Shown here piece by piece: positions 40,047-53,516 of a DNA stretch of 64,000 bases. Location: NCBI GenBank assembly GCA_964016885.1, contig OZ024743.1:165664001-165728000 (forward strand). Reading direction: 5' to 3'. The notes under the pieces were generated by a model. The model was given only the letters and a program-made list of their open reading frames with translations. It was not told the origin of the DNA and did no database searches. Origin of the DNA: Eledone cirrhosa (Eukaryota). Within the stretch, counting starts at the first letter, position 1, and every line of letters starts with the position of its first letter. The position numbers were made by a program, and so were the translations under genes.

Positions 40047-40895
40047 ATATCCCGTTTGTCAGCTAATGAGAAGATATTCGATGAACATGCACCTTACTAC
40101 AATCAGGCCCTCAAGCGGAGTGGTTTCCGGGAGGAAATATCCTACTACCCAGCTCCCATTAGCGGAACCAGCAGGCGACACCACCGCTCACGCAATGTAA
40201 CATGGTTCAATCCTCCCCACAACGCCGAGGTGACAACTCCCATTGGGAAAATTTTCTTTAGGCTCATTGAAAAACACTTCCCACCACAACACCGCTACCA
40301 CAACATAATTAACAAAAATACCATCAAACTCTCTTACAGCACTACACCTAACTTCGCACAAAACATCGTCTCCTCCAACAACAAAAAACTCAACCCCGAT
40401 GGAAGAAACAACCTAAATAGCAGGGGAGAGCCGACCAGGAGGTGCAACTGTCCTGATAGATCCAGTTTCCCCCTCGACAACAGATGCAGAGACCGTAATG
40501 TGATCTACCAGTGCAACGTGAGCACGGACACCTCCAACAAAGCTTATATAGGATTAACCGCATGCGACTTCAAGACCCGACTATACCAACACAGACATAC
40601 CTTCCGAAACCCGGCCCGGCGTCACGCCACCACACTTTCGGGCCACATATCGGACCTCAAGGACAACAACATCAACTATGATCTCACATGGAAATTACTG
40701 TCCAGAGCCAACTCTTACACGGGAGGACGCCGTCCGTCCAATTTATGCTCGGAGGAAACATTACAAATGCTGTTTTCGACGGACCAACTCCTAAACAAGA
40801 AAGATGAACTGGTTACTGCATGTAAACACCGATTACGTAGGACTTACCTCGCCCTCAAACCCCATAATGACCCGGGGGGTAGACTAGGGTTATAA
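40047..40895 (+). pseudogene. Inverted duplicate of the PLE-2 thumb/GIY-YIG region
   Basis: Near-identical protein to 37860..38711; the first 18 aa of the track ORF 39993 are antisense/junction sequence. Confidence 0.9.
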
Positions 40896-42071
40896 CACCC
40901 CACTTGCCTATTTTGTAATGGGTAACCCCTGCTTGCCAATGGAGACGTAAGATCTTCTTTTAAATTCTTTTATCGCTTCCTCTATATTTCCTCCTTCCCC
41001 CCATCCCTCCCTAGTCCTTCTACCCCAGTTCTTTTTCTTTGTCGTCGTCTTTTTCTCCCTTGTAGCTTCAGCACCCCCACCCCCTCCCCTATTCTATGAT
41101 AGATTTGGCTGACTCCGCTTTTCATAGCAGAGGTGTTAGACTTCGGATACTCGCCCCCTTTTCCGACCGCTGTCCCTTTTTTCCGTGCCTTCTATATTTC
41201 TTAGTGGCATCTTTGCTTTAATTTCTCGTTTATCCAGTATTTCTTTCTTCTTTTTCCCTTTTTTTATTGGGGGGGGTTCCTGTATTAATTTTCCGTTCTT
41301 TACTTTTACTTCGTACGATCTTTCATGTAGCTTGTATAAGACTTTTTGTTTCGTGGCGGTACCCTTAGAGTTAGCACTAGTATTTTTTTGCGGGACCCTG
41401 AATTATATTCTCGTACTAGTTTACTTTCTTGCACTGGGTGGTTGCTGGCCCTGTGATTGGGGTAGAAACCTTCATTATTTCGTGGTAGTCTCTTTAGTAT
41501 TCTGCCCCCCCTTTGTTGACCCGTCACCGTACGATACACGCACTTATACCTCGTATAAGGGTCCCTTTATTTCCGTCCCACCTAGTTTATTTCTATTATT
41601 ATTATTTATTTTATTTTTTTTTTTTTTTTATTCTACATTATATATATATATATATATATATACTTTTTTTTTAAATTTATTTATCTATTCTTTTATTCAC
41701 TTATTTGTTTATTTATTTATTTATGTATTACTTTAGCCTAGCAATAGCGAGAGACTTAAGTCTTAGTAACCAGACTTTGCTTATTTTTTTTTTCTCTCTC
41801 TCAGTACCTTTTATAGTTTTACCCTCATTGTTCTACTTACCGTTTCGACCTACTCCCCCCCCCCCCCCCGTCCCCAGTATCCTCTTTGACCTCATACCCA
41901 GCTGTAGCTGGCACTACCAACGCATGAATGGGTCTACACCACCCCCTCTCCCTTTTTCTCCTACCGGCAGGTTTAGCTACCCCTTCCCCCACCAATTTGC
42001 CATCACAGATTTATTACTAACTTGTGATGTGACCAATCCTGGTGATTATCTCTTTGACCATATATGGAATT

Positions 42072-42165
42072 ACCCCTTGATAAGCTCGGCTATTTAAATA
42101 CCAGAATAAATTTTCATTCAGTACAGAATTAGCCGTCGAAACGGCTTGAGTTCAGCCGTCGGGGT
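42072..42165 (+). ncRNA. Hammerhead ribozyme, U3-A8 core variant
   Basis: acccc UUGAUAA [g..cggcua ... uagccg.c] GAAA cggcu-ugaguuc-agccg UC ggggu; predicted GUC site ending at 42160. Confidence 0.82.
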
Positions 42166-42624
42166 CTTACTTGTTCCTATTACCCACTATACTACCCCAA
42201 GTATTGAGTACTTTGGTGCGTTATGGTCCACCTGGTTCCTTACCACATTTCCTTCGTTCTCTCTCTGTTTATGAAGGTACCCGGAAAAAACCCATATCTC
42301 GGGCACCCGTGGTCCGATTTACGCGAAACTTGTTTTATTCCGTTTGTATTCCCATTTCAGGGTCAACTTCTTTTCAAAGTATTTTCCCATTATGTCCCTT
42401 TTGGCTGTATTACATTACAGACAAGCAAGCAAGCAATCAAGAGTTTTAGTAGTATACTAGACCACCGGTGACCCGTTTGGTCATGTTTACTTCAAAATAT
42501 GTTTTTAAAATCATGTTCACTTAAAAATAATTTTCAAATAATTAAAATATACACAGACATGTATATAATGTGAAATGAAACTGGAAGGCCCATATATATA
42601 CGTGTGCATGTATATATATAAATG

Positions 42625-42691
<67 letters not shown>

Positions 42692-42696
<5 letters not shown>

Positions 42697-43434
42697 CGAA
42701 ACATAAGTCAATTGCATGAACTCATAATCCTTTATTTACTGCTATATATATTTCGATGATAGCCATTGAATGGCTATGACTTCATCAGGCAGTTAGTCAG
42801 TTCTTAGATATGCCAGCTCTGTGTTTATAGTGTCGATGGTATCAGAGCCTTGGGACATATGAGCTTGTTAGGAATAATTTAATGATGTCAGCAGGAATAG
42901 TCTTAATTCTCATTGGTCAGTTTGTAGATGCTAGTAGGGTTGGTATTAGACCTCAAAGAGGCGGGTGGTGTTGTAAAGTTCAAACCGTCAGGCAAGATGA
43001 CAATAGTCCCATATGACTGATTTTCACAAAAAGCATTCCTGGTCAGATATATATTCAATTGAGGTTAATAGTATGAAATAGATACTACAGGACATTCTTA
43101 AATTGAGGAATTTGTGTGGAGTGGTGCTACTGAAAATTATGGTTAGAGTAGAAAATTTACAAATAAAAAGACTTATGTAAGTTGGCTTGCACGTACACTC
43201 ACACCCACCTCCACAGACACACACACATCCACACATACAAATTGAGGAATTAATGTGGGGTGGTAATACTTAAAATAATGGTTAGAGTCAAATACTTAGA
43301 TAGTTTAGAAAATTTAGAAATAAAAGGCTTATGTTGGTTGACTTGTACATACACTCACACCTACCCCCTCAGACACACACACATCTACACACACAAATCC
43401 ATACAGGTGTGTACATATATATATGTACGCACAA

Positions 43435-43490
<56 letters not shown>

Positions 43491-43659
43491 CATATTTATA
43501 TGTATAAAATATATATATATAAAATATACATATATATAAAATATATATATATATAAAATATATATATATATAAAAATATATATATAAAATATAAATATAA
43601 AATACACACATATATAAAATATACATACATATATATATAATACATATATATATATATAA

Positions 43660-43696
<37 letters not shown>

Positions 43697-43729
43697 CACA
43701 TATATACACATATAAAAAATATATATATA

Positions 43730-43776
<47 letters not shown>

Positions 43777-44655
43777 CAGGTTCAATAAAACGTGGTTTTG
43801 ATGACTCCTAACCAGTAGAGGACCCGGTGGACCATCCACCATAGGGACCGCAAACCATGTGTGGTTGTTGTTGTCCATTGGTCATTGGTACGGAGTGTAG
43901 TGGACCTACGGGGGAGGGGGCGTTGTGGGAGGCCTTAACCGGGTTTATACATATAGCTTGAGGAAAGTTCCCGTCCTTAGGTGTCTGCAGGCACCGAATA
44001 AGTCGGCCCTTCTGTTTAATAGATTGTTTCCGCCATGAAGTATCTCGAGTGTCTCACTAAGACAGAGGTTGCAAATACCAGACCCGCCTCTGTCTAGGGG
44101 AACCTTTCTAACCACGGAGCAGACCAGAGAGTGCGGGGTCTTTTCAAGTTTGAGCTTCCAGATCAATTCAGAAAGGGTCGTACATTTCCTCTTATCTATT
44201 CTGTTGAAGGAATGGCGATGGTTATACCCCGATCTTTGAAGCTCGTCGCTGTGGATCCTATGTAGTGGTGCTCCGAGTTAGAGGTTGTGACCTTGCACCT
44301 GTAGACTACGTTTTTCGTCATGCATTCATTACTAAGGGGGCATAGTGATGGGTCTCTGAAATTACATGACTTCTTAAGCCCACCACATGTACCGCGTGGT
44401 TACCATCACTCGGGGTTGGCTGAGTAGCCTCCGCAATCAGCACAGGGTCGTTGGGTTCCGGTGTGCTAGTTGGGCCTGTCCGGGTTCCGGTGAGTCCCGC
44501 GTGCTGGTTCTGTTTACGGCGGTATAAGAGGCAGTGAGCCTATTCCTATTTATGCCAGCTATGTGGTGGGCTACGGAGCGTGTGGTTGAGTAGGAAAGTA
44601 TCAGCGTGTGCCTGTTGAATATTTTATGGTACTTGTGGGCCCTAGGGAAAAATTT
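42692..44655 (-). mobile_element. 5'-truncated PLE (Naiad-like GIY-YIG, long 3' region, HHR), split by a TA-rich expansion
   Basis: [61 protein letters not shown]; HHR at 42738. Continuity across 43430-43780 is inferred. Confidence 0.8.
42738..42793 (-). ncRNA. Type I hammerhead ribozyme
   Basis: acugc CUGAUGA [agucauagccauu c aauggcuaucauc] GAAA uauaua UA gcagu. Confidence 0.87.
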
Positions 44656-44676
44656 ATCCAGTACTCTGGATAAATG

Positions 44677-44757
<81 letters not shown>

Positions 44758-44949
44758 GGTGTCTACGATCTATATGCACTGGTAATAGACACACATATAC
44801 ACACACATATATATATATATACACACACTCACATATATATATATATACACAACAACACCACCAGCTCTCTTCCATTCTCCTTCTCAATCTCTCTATTCTC
44901 TCTTTCAATCTACTCTCTCACAACCACTATCTCTTTCTCTCTATCCTTC

Positions 44950-45152
44950 TCTCTCTCTATTTATGAATGTACCCGGAAAAAACCCATATCTGGAGATCCC
45001 TTGGTCCGATTTACGCGAAACTTGTTTCATTCCACTTGTATTCCAATTTCAGGGTCAACTTCCTTTCAAAGTATTTTCCTATTATGCACCCTTTTGGCTA
45101 TATTACATTACAGACAAGCAAGCAAGCAAGTAATCACAGACTTTTAGTATTA
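44950..45152 (+). mobile_element. Solo 3' terminus of the PLE-2 family
   Basis: Colinear with about 42260-42455. Confidence 0.85.
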
Positions 45153-45184
45153 TATAGATAGATAAATCCACAAATAAATTGTAA

Positions 45185-45859
45185 AACTAGACATGTAATC
45201 TATAGCATAAGATGTACAGAGGGTGCTTGTAGAAACATCACAACGACATACATAGGTGAGACAGCTCGGAGCATAGGGGAAGACTAGACCAACACTAAAA
45301 GGACAAAAAGACGGTTCGGTACTGTATGAACACACCAGACAAAGACATGATGGTAATATAGACAACATAGAAATTAAAATAATATCTAATCATAGAAATG
45401 ACTCAACAAGTAGACAAATCAGAGAAGCAACTGAAATAGAACTAAGAAAATCAAAGTTGAACAGAAAAATAAATGGAATAACAGCAACAACCATACCCAA
45501 ATACACAATAGTGAACTAATATAAATATAAATAAATATACACAGGTACAATAACAACCACACATAAACACACACCAGTTTCTAATTTTTATATTGTTTTT
45601 GTAAAAAATGACATCTGTTTCTTAGTTTTACAATTTATTACAATAAATTGTAAAACTAGAAATTGAACAAAGATAGAATACAAACACACACAGACACAGA
45701 CACGAGCACACACAAAACCCAAAAAAAACACAAACGCATGCGCAAACAGAGACAAGAATAAAAAATAAATATAAATAAAAATGGAATAGACATTACAATA
45801 CAACGGGAGAAAACAATAGTACCACTGATTTTGTCACAGGTATGTGATGAAAGAACTTT

Positions 45860-45860
<1 letters not shown>
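45185..45860 (+). mobile_element. PLE GIY-YIG C-terminal fragment of a further lineage, plus 3' region
   Basis: CTEGAC....YIGETARSIGE, then after a frameshift SVLYEH....H...RQIREATEI.....LNRK; decayed HHR-like CUGAUU..ucaca-ggua-uguga.GAAA at about 45826. Confidence 0.7.
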
Positions 45861-45922
<62 letters not shown>

Positions 45923-45927
<5 letters not shown>

Positions 45928-46042
45928 ATAATAATAAATTTGAAGACTAAAATCCAAAGAGGGCTCGATAAGGATAAATATATATCAAATATATAAGGGT
46001 GAAAGCAGCGATTCTTTGCTTAAACTTTAATCTGTTATTTTA

Positions 46043-46050
<8 letters not shown>
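45923..46050. mobile_element. Family A fold-back element with a collapsed centre
   Basis: Same left and right termini as 3097-3330; internal segment missing, joined at TAAG. Confidence 0.75.
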
Positions 46051-46103
<53 letters not shown>

Positions 46104-46245
46104 ACTGTTGGTCAATCAATGATAAACATTGATTGCCAGCTAAATTAACTATAGGGATATAAAATATACAGAAGCGAAATTATTTCTGGCAATATTATAA
46201 CAATATGGCCGTCCCCAAATATTAAAAAAAGATATATATATATAT

Positions 46246-46324
<79 letters not shown>

Positions 46325-46328
<4 letters not shown>

Positions 46329-47036
46329 CAAGAAACAAAGCAGTCTGTGTGTTTACTGTAAACAAAGTTTAAGATGGTAATAGGGACGAAACAAGAGAAG
46401 AAACCCTTCATCAGCTGTTAACTGCAGATCATAGATGTTTCGGCGCTTAAATCAGGCCACCGAAATCGATCAGCAGCGCACCCAAGGCTTTTTATCAATC
46501 AAAAGGCCCTGAGGTGAAGAAAAGATAAGATAGTGAAGAGAGATGAAGAAAGAGAAAAAAAAGGAAAGAGGAAAAAACGAAGTAAACTAACCGAATGGAG
46601 GGGTGACATAGGACAATAGCACATGCAAGTGAGTAACCGAGGAGAAAATAGAAAAAGTTACAACGAACCGATTAGACTTAAGTCCTGTGGTCAATATAAC
46701 TGCGGAGCGAGGTTTTCCGTGCGATCTCAGCAAAGCTTAGATAGAGAGAGGAATAGACGGAGAAACCGGAAGTGAGAGGGAGAAGGGAAAGGGAGCTAAT
46801 CCAAAAGGGGTTTATGACATGTGTAAGACCAGGTCGAAAACGAGCAGATGGATAGAGAGAGAGGGGTAGAGAAAGAGAGAGAGAAAAGGAAGAGTGAGAA
46901 GGAGAGAGTCGATATGAAAGCGTGGTGGGACAACAAATCGAGCAAAACAGGTAGAGGGGGGTCACAACGGTAAAAACAAAATTACAAGAAACGAAGCAGG
47001 CTTTGTGGTTACTCTAAACAAAGTTTAAGATGGTAA
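46325..47036. mobile_element. Non-coding unit with about 56 bp terminal direct repeats (period about 656 bp)
   Basis: ATTACAAGAAAC.AAGCAG...TAAACAAAGTTTAAGATGGTAA at 46325 and 46981; partial HHR-like cores at 46400-46476. Confidence 0.55.
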
Positions 47037-47922
47037 AGTTTACTAGTGTGAAATGTTTTTCTTATATTATTAATCTTCGCTTTATATTTTTCAGATGGAT
47101 CTAATTTCCAAAGAGCCACGATGATATCCCTCTTCCTTCCAGCCTTTATATTGGGAACCTTCATGCACCTGCGTAGATCTGTTTGAATTGCAGTAAAATG
47201 GGAACATTACCAGGAATATGGAATTTTCCCTGCCAAGTGAGAGATTAAGGCTGTTTCTCAACATCTATTTCACAAAAAAAATCCTGTGCCTCACCGTGAT
47301 CGGATAATGTTAGTATATATCATAGTATATAGCATAATATATACGCTTCATTCTGAGGTCACATGCTCTTCCAAACATTGCCGGATAAACTTAGTAGCAA
47401 ATGTAGCATTTACTAGTCCTTCCATCCCCCCAGTTTCAGTGGCCGCACACTAAGTGTTTTATGATATAGTTCTATTCTGCCTTTAACAGTTACGTCACAT
47501 TTAAAAAATAATGTATGCCTCCTTTATTATATATGCTATAGGCCCTGTATTTACCTAATTCTGCATTGTCACCTGAAACATTTTCACGCCTTACCTTGAG
47601 AAACACTGTCTTAATAAGCTTTCATACACTGTTTAATAAGCTTTTCATATATTTGACATCAAAATACATACAGCTTTAATAGTCTAACCAATGTCTCTCC
47701 CTCTCTCTCTCACCATCTATCTATCTATACGTAATCAACAACACTGAAGGGTTGCGGTAACGCGAAGCCGGTTCGTATGAAATTAGCATTAATGACATAA
47801 TCTGTCATGCTGTGTGAATGTGTATATATTATGAAACTTAGATGATTGCCGTCTCCTTATGCACCTCCATACAGCGTAACTAACTCCAAAGTCCGATCAT
47901 GGCCACTTAGGTGGCTTTTAAG

Positions 47923-48025
47923 TACATACATACATACATACATACATACATACATACATACATACATACATACATACATACATACATACATACATACATA
48001 CATACATACATACATACATACATAC
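47923..48025. repeat. (CATA)n tetranucleotide repeat
   Basis: Perfect run. Confidence 0.97.
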
Positions 48026-48235
48026 ACTGAAAACAACAGCAAGTAAACCAAACATAATTAGTGTATTTAGTAGACTTCTAGACAACATTTGATATTCGGT
48101 TCGTTATAACAGCTCACACCTCACACTGGCGCTTACTGATAGATCATGGTATGGGGACTGACTGGGTTGAATCTAGTGCCCGCCACAATATTTAAATGGC
48201 CATTGTTGATTTTTTAAAATCATTTTACTACCGTA

Positions 48236-48460
48236 AATAATTGTTTCTAGAATAGGCAAAAGACAAGTAATTTTGAAGGTGAAGAGAAAATCGATTATAC
48301 CGACCCCACGTCCTGACCAGTACCTTATTTTATCAACGCCGTAAGGATGAAAGGCAAAGCTGACCACGGCGGGATTTGAACTCAGAAAATAAAGAGCCGT
48401 AACTAAATCATACAAATCAGTTTGTCACAAGGCTCTAACGATTCTGCCAGTCCACCGCCC
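48236..48460 (-). mobile_element. tRNA-derived SINE, older/longer subfamily
   Basis: GGGCGGTGGACTGGCAG start, GAGTTCAAATCCCGCCG, longer 3' part ending in AGAAACAATTA. Confidence 0.8.
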
Positions 48461-48653
48461 TCCATAAATGATATGCAAAGTCCCTCCACCACACACCACC
48501 CGGTGAAATTTTCAGGCAGGAGACCCCATGCAAGCTTAATGTGCACCTGACTCGCATATGTACTGTTTATGTTCATATTCTAATCTGATATAGGATATTA
48601 AGCGATAACAGTGAAATTTCTATTAGTGTCACTGTTGTTGTTGTTGTTATTGT

Positions 48654-48703
<50 letters not shown>

Positions 48704-48912
48704 CTGTTAGCTGGGGAAGCAGTAAAATGTTTACCTGTGGGCCCTTGTGTGTAATAAAAATACTAATTTGGGGTCCTTTAAACATTGTAGAGCTCTGGCA
48801 ATCGCCAAATCAGTATAGAAAGAATAAATAAAATTTGTGTCAGGAACGTATCACGAGTGGATACGTGATCCCACTCTAATAACAGTAGGGGGAGCAGTAG
48901 GAGGTGATACAA

Positions 48913-48988
<76 letters not shown>

Positions 48989-49480
48989 TCCTGGTTTACC
49001 CTCTCTGCACGAGGTGCAAACAATTGTTTTGACTGGTACTGCACACGTATTGAGAAGAGCACTATCTCTGTAAGATTGATATTCCTCCTTGTATTTACAT
49101 ATGCATATGCACATGTGTATATATTTATACTGTTTTTTTTTTATTATAATCAATGTGCTGTATTAACTGGCTTACCAATGCACACTGTGAATTTATTCGC
49201 CCTAGGTGTCAGGAAGGCACTCGGCATGAGGTCAAAGTGGTCCCGATTGTCATAGGCGCACTAGGTACTATCTCAAAGAGTTTCCAAGGATGGTTAAAGA
49301 AAATTGGTTCCGCCCCGCTTTTGGGAACACTTCAAAAGGCATACTTGCTGGGAACAGCAAGAACCCTCTGATACGTCCTGAATATCTGAGGCTGCAGGTA
49401 GTGGCTTGATATTCATTTCAACAAACTTTCCGGTTAAATAACATCAATGACTGAGACTCAAAGAACAATAATAATAATAA
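48989..49480 (+). mobile_element. Two short 3' ends of R4/Dong-type elements beside (TAA)n
   Basis: PGLPSLHEVQTIVLTGTAHVLRRALSL* directly after (AAT)n 48915-48988; VKVVPIVIGALG...LQKAYLLGTARTL followed by a TAA tail at about 49470. Confidence 0.8.
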
Positions 49481-49599
49481 AGATGATTTCATTTATTTCA
49501 TATTTTTGCCACAAGAGCCATCATATAGTGGACAACACAAAGACGGGGACAGTGGGGGTTTACAATAAAATTGAATGAAAATACTCAATAACAAAAACA

Positions 49600-50432
49600 A
49601 TTTAACAACGAAAAAATATAAAAATAAAATATACATAAAAATATAACAAAATAAATTCCCAATAGCGGAGTGAACCACCCAGGCACCCCACTAATCCTGA
49701 AACGTCCGACACTTTGAGGGCATTCGGGAAGGTCATCCCTCTCCTCCTCAAGTTAATCAGCCTACAGGCACATGCTTAGAGTAAGCCCATTCATACGGGC
49801 CACTCTCGTCACATTCACCCACCTTTTAGCAAATGTACTGGGAAGGGGGCATCACTTCTCTCTCCACCCTCACCTCCCTTTCCAAGTGAAACTTGAAAAA
49901 AGTGATGAGGGCCGAAGAGAAAAATGTCTGTTGTCAGTCCTTTCAACCTGGTCGCTACTGACACCAAACAGAGGAAAACTGCCTGCCCTTCCCAGTCAAA
50001 AGAAGCCGGTAGGGCGATCTTTAATATTGATTCGGTTGATAGCCGGATACGTCCCACACGCGACAACAACTGCTCGACATAACTCCACAAGTTAGTAATG
50101 CACGGACACTGGACACGCACATCTCGGGCAGGTCCGTCTGACGGCACTTCCATGCCTATAGAGTTTATCTCGAACCGGCAGTGTGCCTCGGTAGCACTGC
50201 CAAGCGAAGGATTTCTGGAAGTTATCTATAGTTCCCGCCTCGAAAGTCCTCCGGAACAGACTGGTTAGTTCGTCTTCGTCTACGCCCAGAGCCTCTCCGA
50301 GTGCGTCGTCGCACATGGCCGGCACTAATCCTCTGTAGAAGTCGAGAGTGGAAGTTCCATTGATCGCCTGGTAGAGGGCAGTGAGCGCCTGGCAACATTC
50401 CAAATGCCAGGCGCCAAGTCTTGGTCTCTTGA
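49600..50432 (-). mobile_element. Tx1-clade LINE 3' fragment
   Basis: DNFQKSFAWQCYRGTLPVRDKLYRHG..CPRC; same family as the 21-32 kb copies. Confidence 0.85.
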
Positions 50433-50535
50433 CAACAATGAAAGAGTGTCTAGAACATTTAATCACTTACGATCGTTTCATCCTAGCACAAGGCCAAAAT
50501 CATCGGAGTATATAATAAAGGTTAAAACACAAATA

Positions 50536-50676
50536 TAATTGTTTCTACTTTTGGCACAAGGCCAGCAATTACCCAGTACATTACTGGTACTTTATTTTAT
50601 CGACCCCGTAAGGATGAAAGGCAAAGTTAACCTCGGCGGGATTTGAACTCAGATTTTAAAGGGACGTAACTACGCT
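50536..50676 (-). mobile_element. 5'-truncated SINE with 19 bp TSD
   Basis: GTTAAAACACAAATATAAT at 50521-50539 and 50677-50695. Confidence 0.92.
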
Positions 50677-51156
50677 GTTAAAACACAAATATAATATCAG
50701 AAGTTTGTCATAAGAACATTTTGAGGATACATAATATGGGAAGTATAAGTATCAACATTTATATAAGAAAATATAGCAAAGAAGCATATGAAAAATATGA
50801 GCATATAAATGCAATAGAATTTAAAAACATGCTGGTATAAAGAACATGCTGCTATAAAGTATAGTGCTGTTATAAGTATAGTGCAAGACATATATCATAA
50901 TTAGTAAATAAACATATCATAAGCATTACAAAAATGTATAAAGTTAATATGAGCAGGTGTGCGGTTCAAATATAAATTTAAGAATATAAAAATACATCCC
51001 AAAATATATTTGAATAAACAGTACGACTGTGTCATTCAGTCATAAAGATAAACTACTATTTTTCAAAGGTAATAATGTCGGATGACTGTAGTCAGCAAAA
51101 TAAAAATCAAATTTAGGTTAAAGTGTTATTACTATTAATTAAACCATTAAACCATA

Positions 51157-51346
51157 GGGCGGTGGATTGGCAGTATCGGTAGAAGGTCGGACGCCATGTT
51201 TTCCAGCATAGTTACGTCCCTTTACGATCTGAGTTCAAATCCCGCCGAGGTTGACTTTGCCTTTCATCCTTACGGGGTCGATAAAATAAAGTACCAGTAA
51301 TGCACTGGGTAATTGCTGGCCTTGTGCCTAAAGTAGAAACAATTAC
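51157..51346 (+). mobile_element. Full-length SINE with 21 bp TSD
   Basis: ATTACTATTAATTAAACCATT at 51128-51148 and 51342-51362. Confidence 0.93.
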
Positions 51347-51907
51347 TATTAATTAAACCATTCAAAGGAATTAATGTTGAGTAAATATAATCAGCAAAGT
51401 AAAATCCAATATAGAATAAGTGTTATCATCGGGGGAAAAGCACCTCATATTTGAATAGGAGGAAGAAAGTATTATATACTAAGTTTAAATAACCCCATCT
51501 TAACATAGAGTTTGAAAATTTATCGTTAGTTGACGGTTGATACACAATTAAGAATACAAGGGAGGTAATTCATAAATACTTTTTATAAGAGAGTTACAAA
51601 TTATTAGATGGAAAAATAAATATTTAGTAAGTCAAGGTGTAATTACATTAAAAAATATATTAGGACTAATGATTATAGAACTAAAGAATTATTCTTAAAA
51701 TTATTTTTAAATTATTTTTAAAATAGTATATTTCAAAATACAAATAAAATAATTTATCAATGTATACTAAAATGGTATGTATTATTAAAAAAAAATTATA
51801 TACATATGCTAAATAATATTGAAGCATAAAAAAGATATAAAAGGATAAAAAGGATAAAAAAATTATTAAAATTATCTATATATCTAAATTATCTATATAT
51901 CTAAATC

Positions 51908-51978
<71 letters not shown>

Positions 51979-52714
51979 CATAATTAAAATTTCATACATA
52001 TATTTCATATATATATATAAATTCAAAGATGATGCCATTTTGTAATGGTTGTGTTCTTTTCCTTTAAAGGTTAAAGATTTCCAAAAGAGAAGAATAAGAA
52101 ATATATAGGGTGGGGTGTTTTAGATATTGAGAGTTTTAAAGGAAAATCATGAGAGGTAGCTTAGTAGTTGATAAGAATGATTGATGAAGAAAGATTAAAG
52201 GTAGCTAATTATTGGAGGACCCACATATAGAGTTTGGAAGATGCTACCCACAAGAAACCTCTAAAAACCACGTATTCCATTCCCTGATATTTCCTAAATA
52301 CTTCTACACAGAACCTTCTCCTACAAATGCAATCTCCTTATTTTTTCTCCATTTTCTCTGTATATGAGTCCTCTGACAGTTAGCTCCCTTCAATTGTCTA
52401 AGACTATCGCCATCTATCTCTCATTTTACTTGTTATTGCTGCTGTTGACAATTTCTCTCATGCATGCTGGATATAAAAGAGAAGGAAAGGGAAATAGTAA
52501 AATTATATATATATAATTTCAGTTTAGATAAGGAAGGGAAATGAAAGACACATAATTTTCTTTTTCTGGTAAAAGAAACACGAAAAATGTGTGTATACTT
52601 GGTGAGAGAGGTCCTGAAGCGTTACAATGGCCACATGTAGAAATATTAAAAAATAAATATATGTAAACACTAAATCTTGTTTGGAATTCTCTTTTGAAGT
52701 TTTGCTTTCATGTG

Positions 52715-52746
<32 letters not shown>

Positions 52747-53227
52747 GGTATCTAGAACAACTTAATTCAATAAGTTCTTCGTTTTCAAGATGGTAAAATG
52801 TGATTTGAATGAGATTTGGCTGTTATTTTGAATCAAGTCGGATGGCTGGATTGGGGCTCTTTTCGAGAGGGACAATGACGAATATGTTCCACTCCGTTGT
52901 CCCGTTTTATTTGAGAGCTTAGAAAGCAAGAGCATGAATGCTCCCCTAAACCTCAGAGCTTTATCAGTGGAGAATCTATATAACTATATAATCTATCAGT
53001 GTATTACATAACTGAAGGCTCTGGCATTCTGAGAAAGTGTATATCCTAAATCACCCCATGATATCCGTCAACGGAAAATCTGCGATCATTTTCAATTGGC
53101 TTCATAGATGAGTATTTCAGTTGGAAAACTTTGAATCGACTAATCTGGAAATAATGCCCGGGAACATCGAGGAGTTAACTCCCTTGAGAACGAAAATTAA
53201 TCTTGAAATCGCTGCATTCCTCTATAC

Positions 53228-53516
53228 CAGTCATGGGCAACCTGCAGCCCGCGAAGCTTTCTGAATGGCTCGTCTAAGTCACCTAAGTGAAATCTTTCTG
53301 ATTTTTTTACCAACTTTTCAGTCGTAATTTATCTTTCTATCATTTTTTACGATCGAGGAAAAAGATGTGTACGAATTCTGAAGAAACAAATCAAAACAAC
53401 CTGAGTTACCGCCCATTTTTTAATGTGGGCACGAATGTTAATTAGCGCTTGCAGCGCGCCTGATGATGAGCCATATCTCACGCGGCCCGCTTCTAGAAAA
53501 AGGTTGCCCATGCCTG
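53228..53516. mobile_element. hAT (Charlie-like) MITE, 289 bp
   Basis: 16 bp TIRs CAGTCATGGGCAACCT / AGGTTGCCCATGCCTG (1 mismatch), subterminal GCGGCCCGC-like motifs; no clean 8 bp TSD. Confidence 0.78.

Larger units (their letters stand above)
36525..42484. mobile_element. PLE-2 (YRDD type, probably Naiad clade) as a roughly 6 kb inverted duplication, 3' ends outward
   Basis: 36525-38720 is the reverse complement of 40047-42484 apart from indels; the 1.3 kb spacer encodes the RT on the minus strand. Confidence 0.92.
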
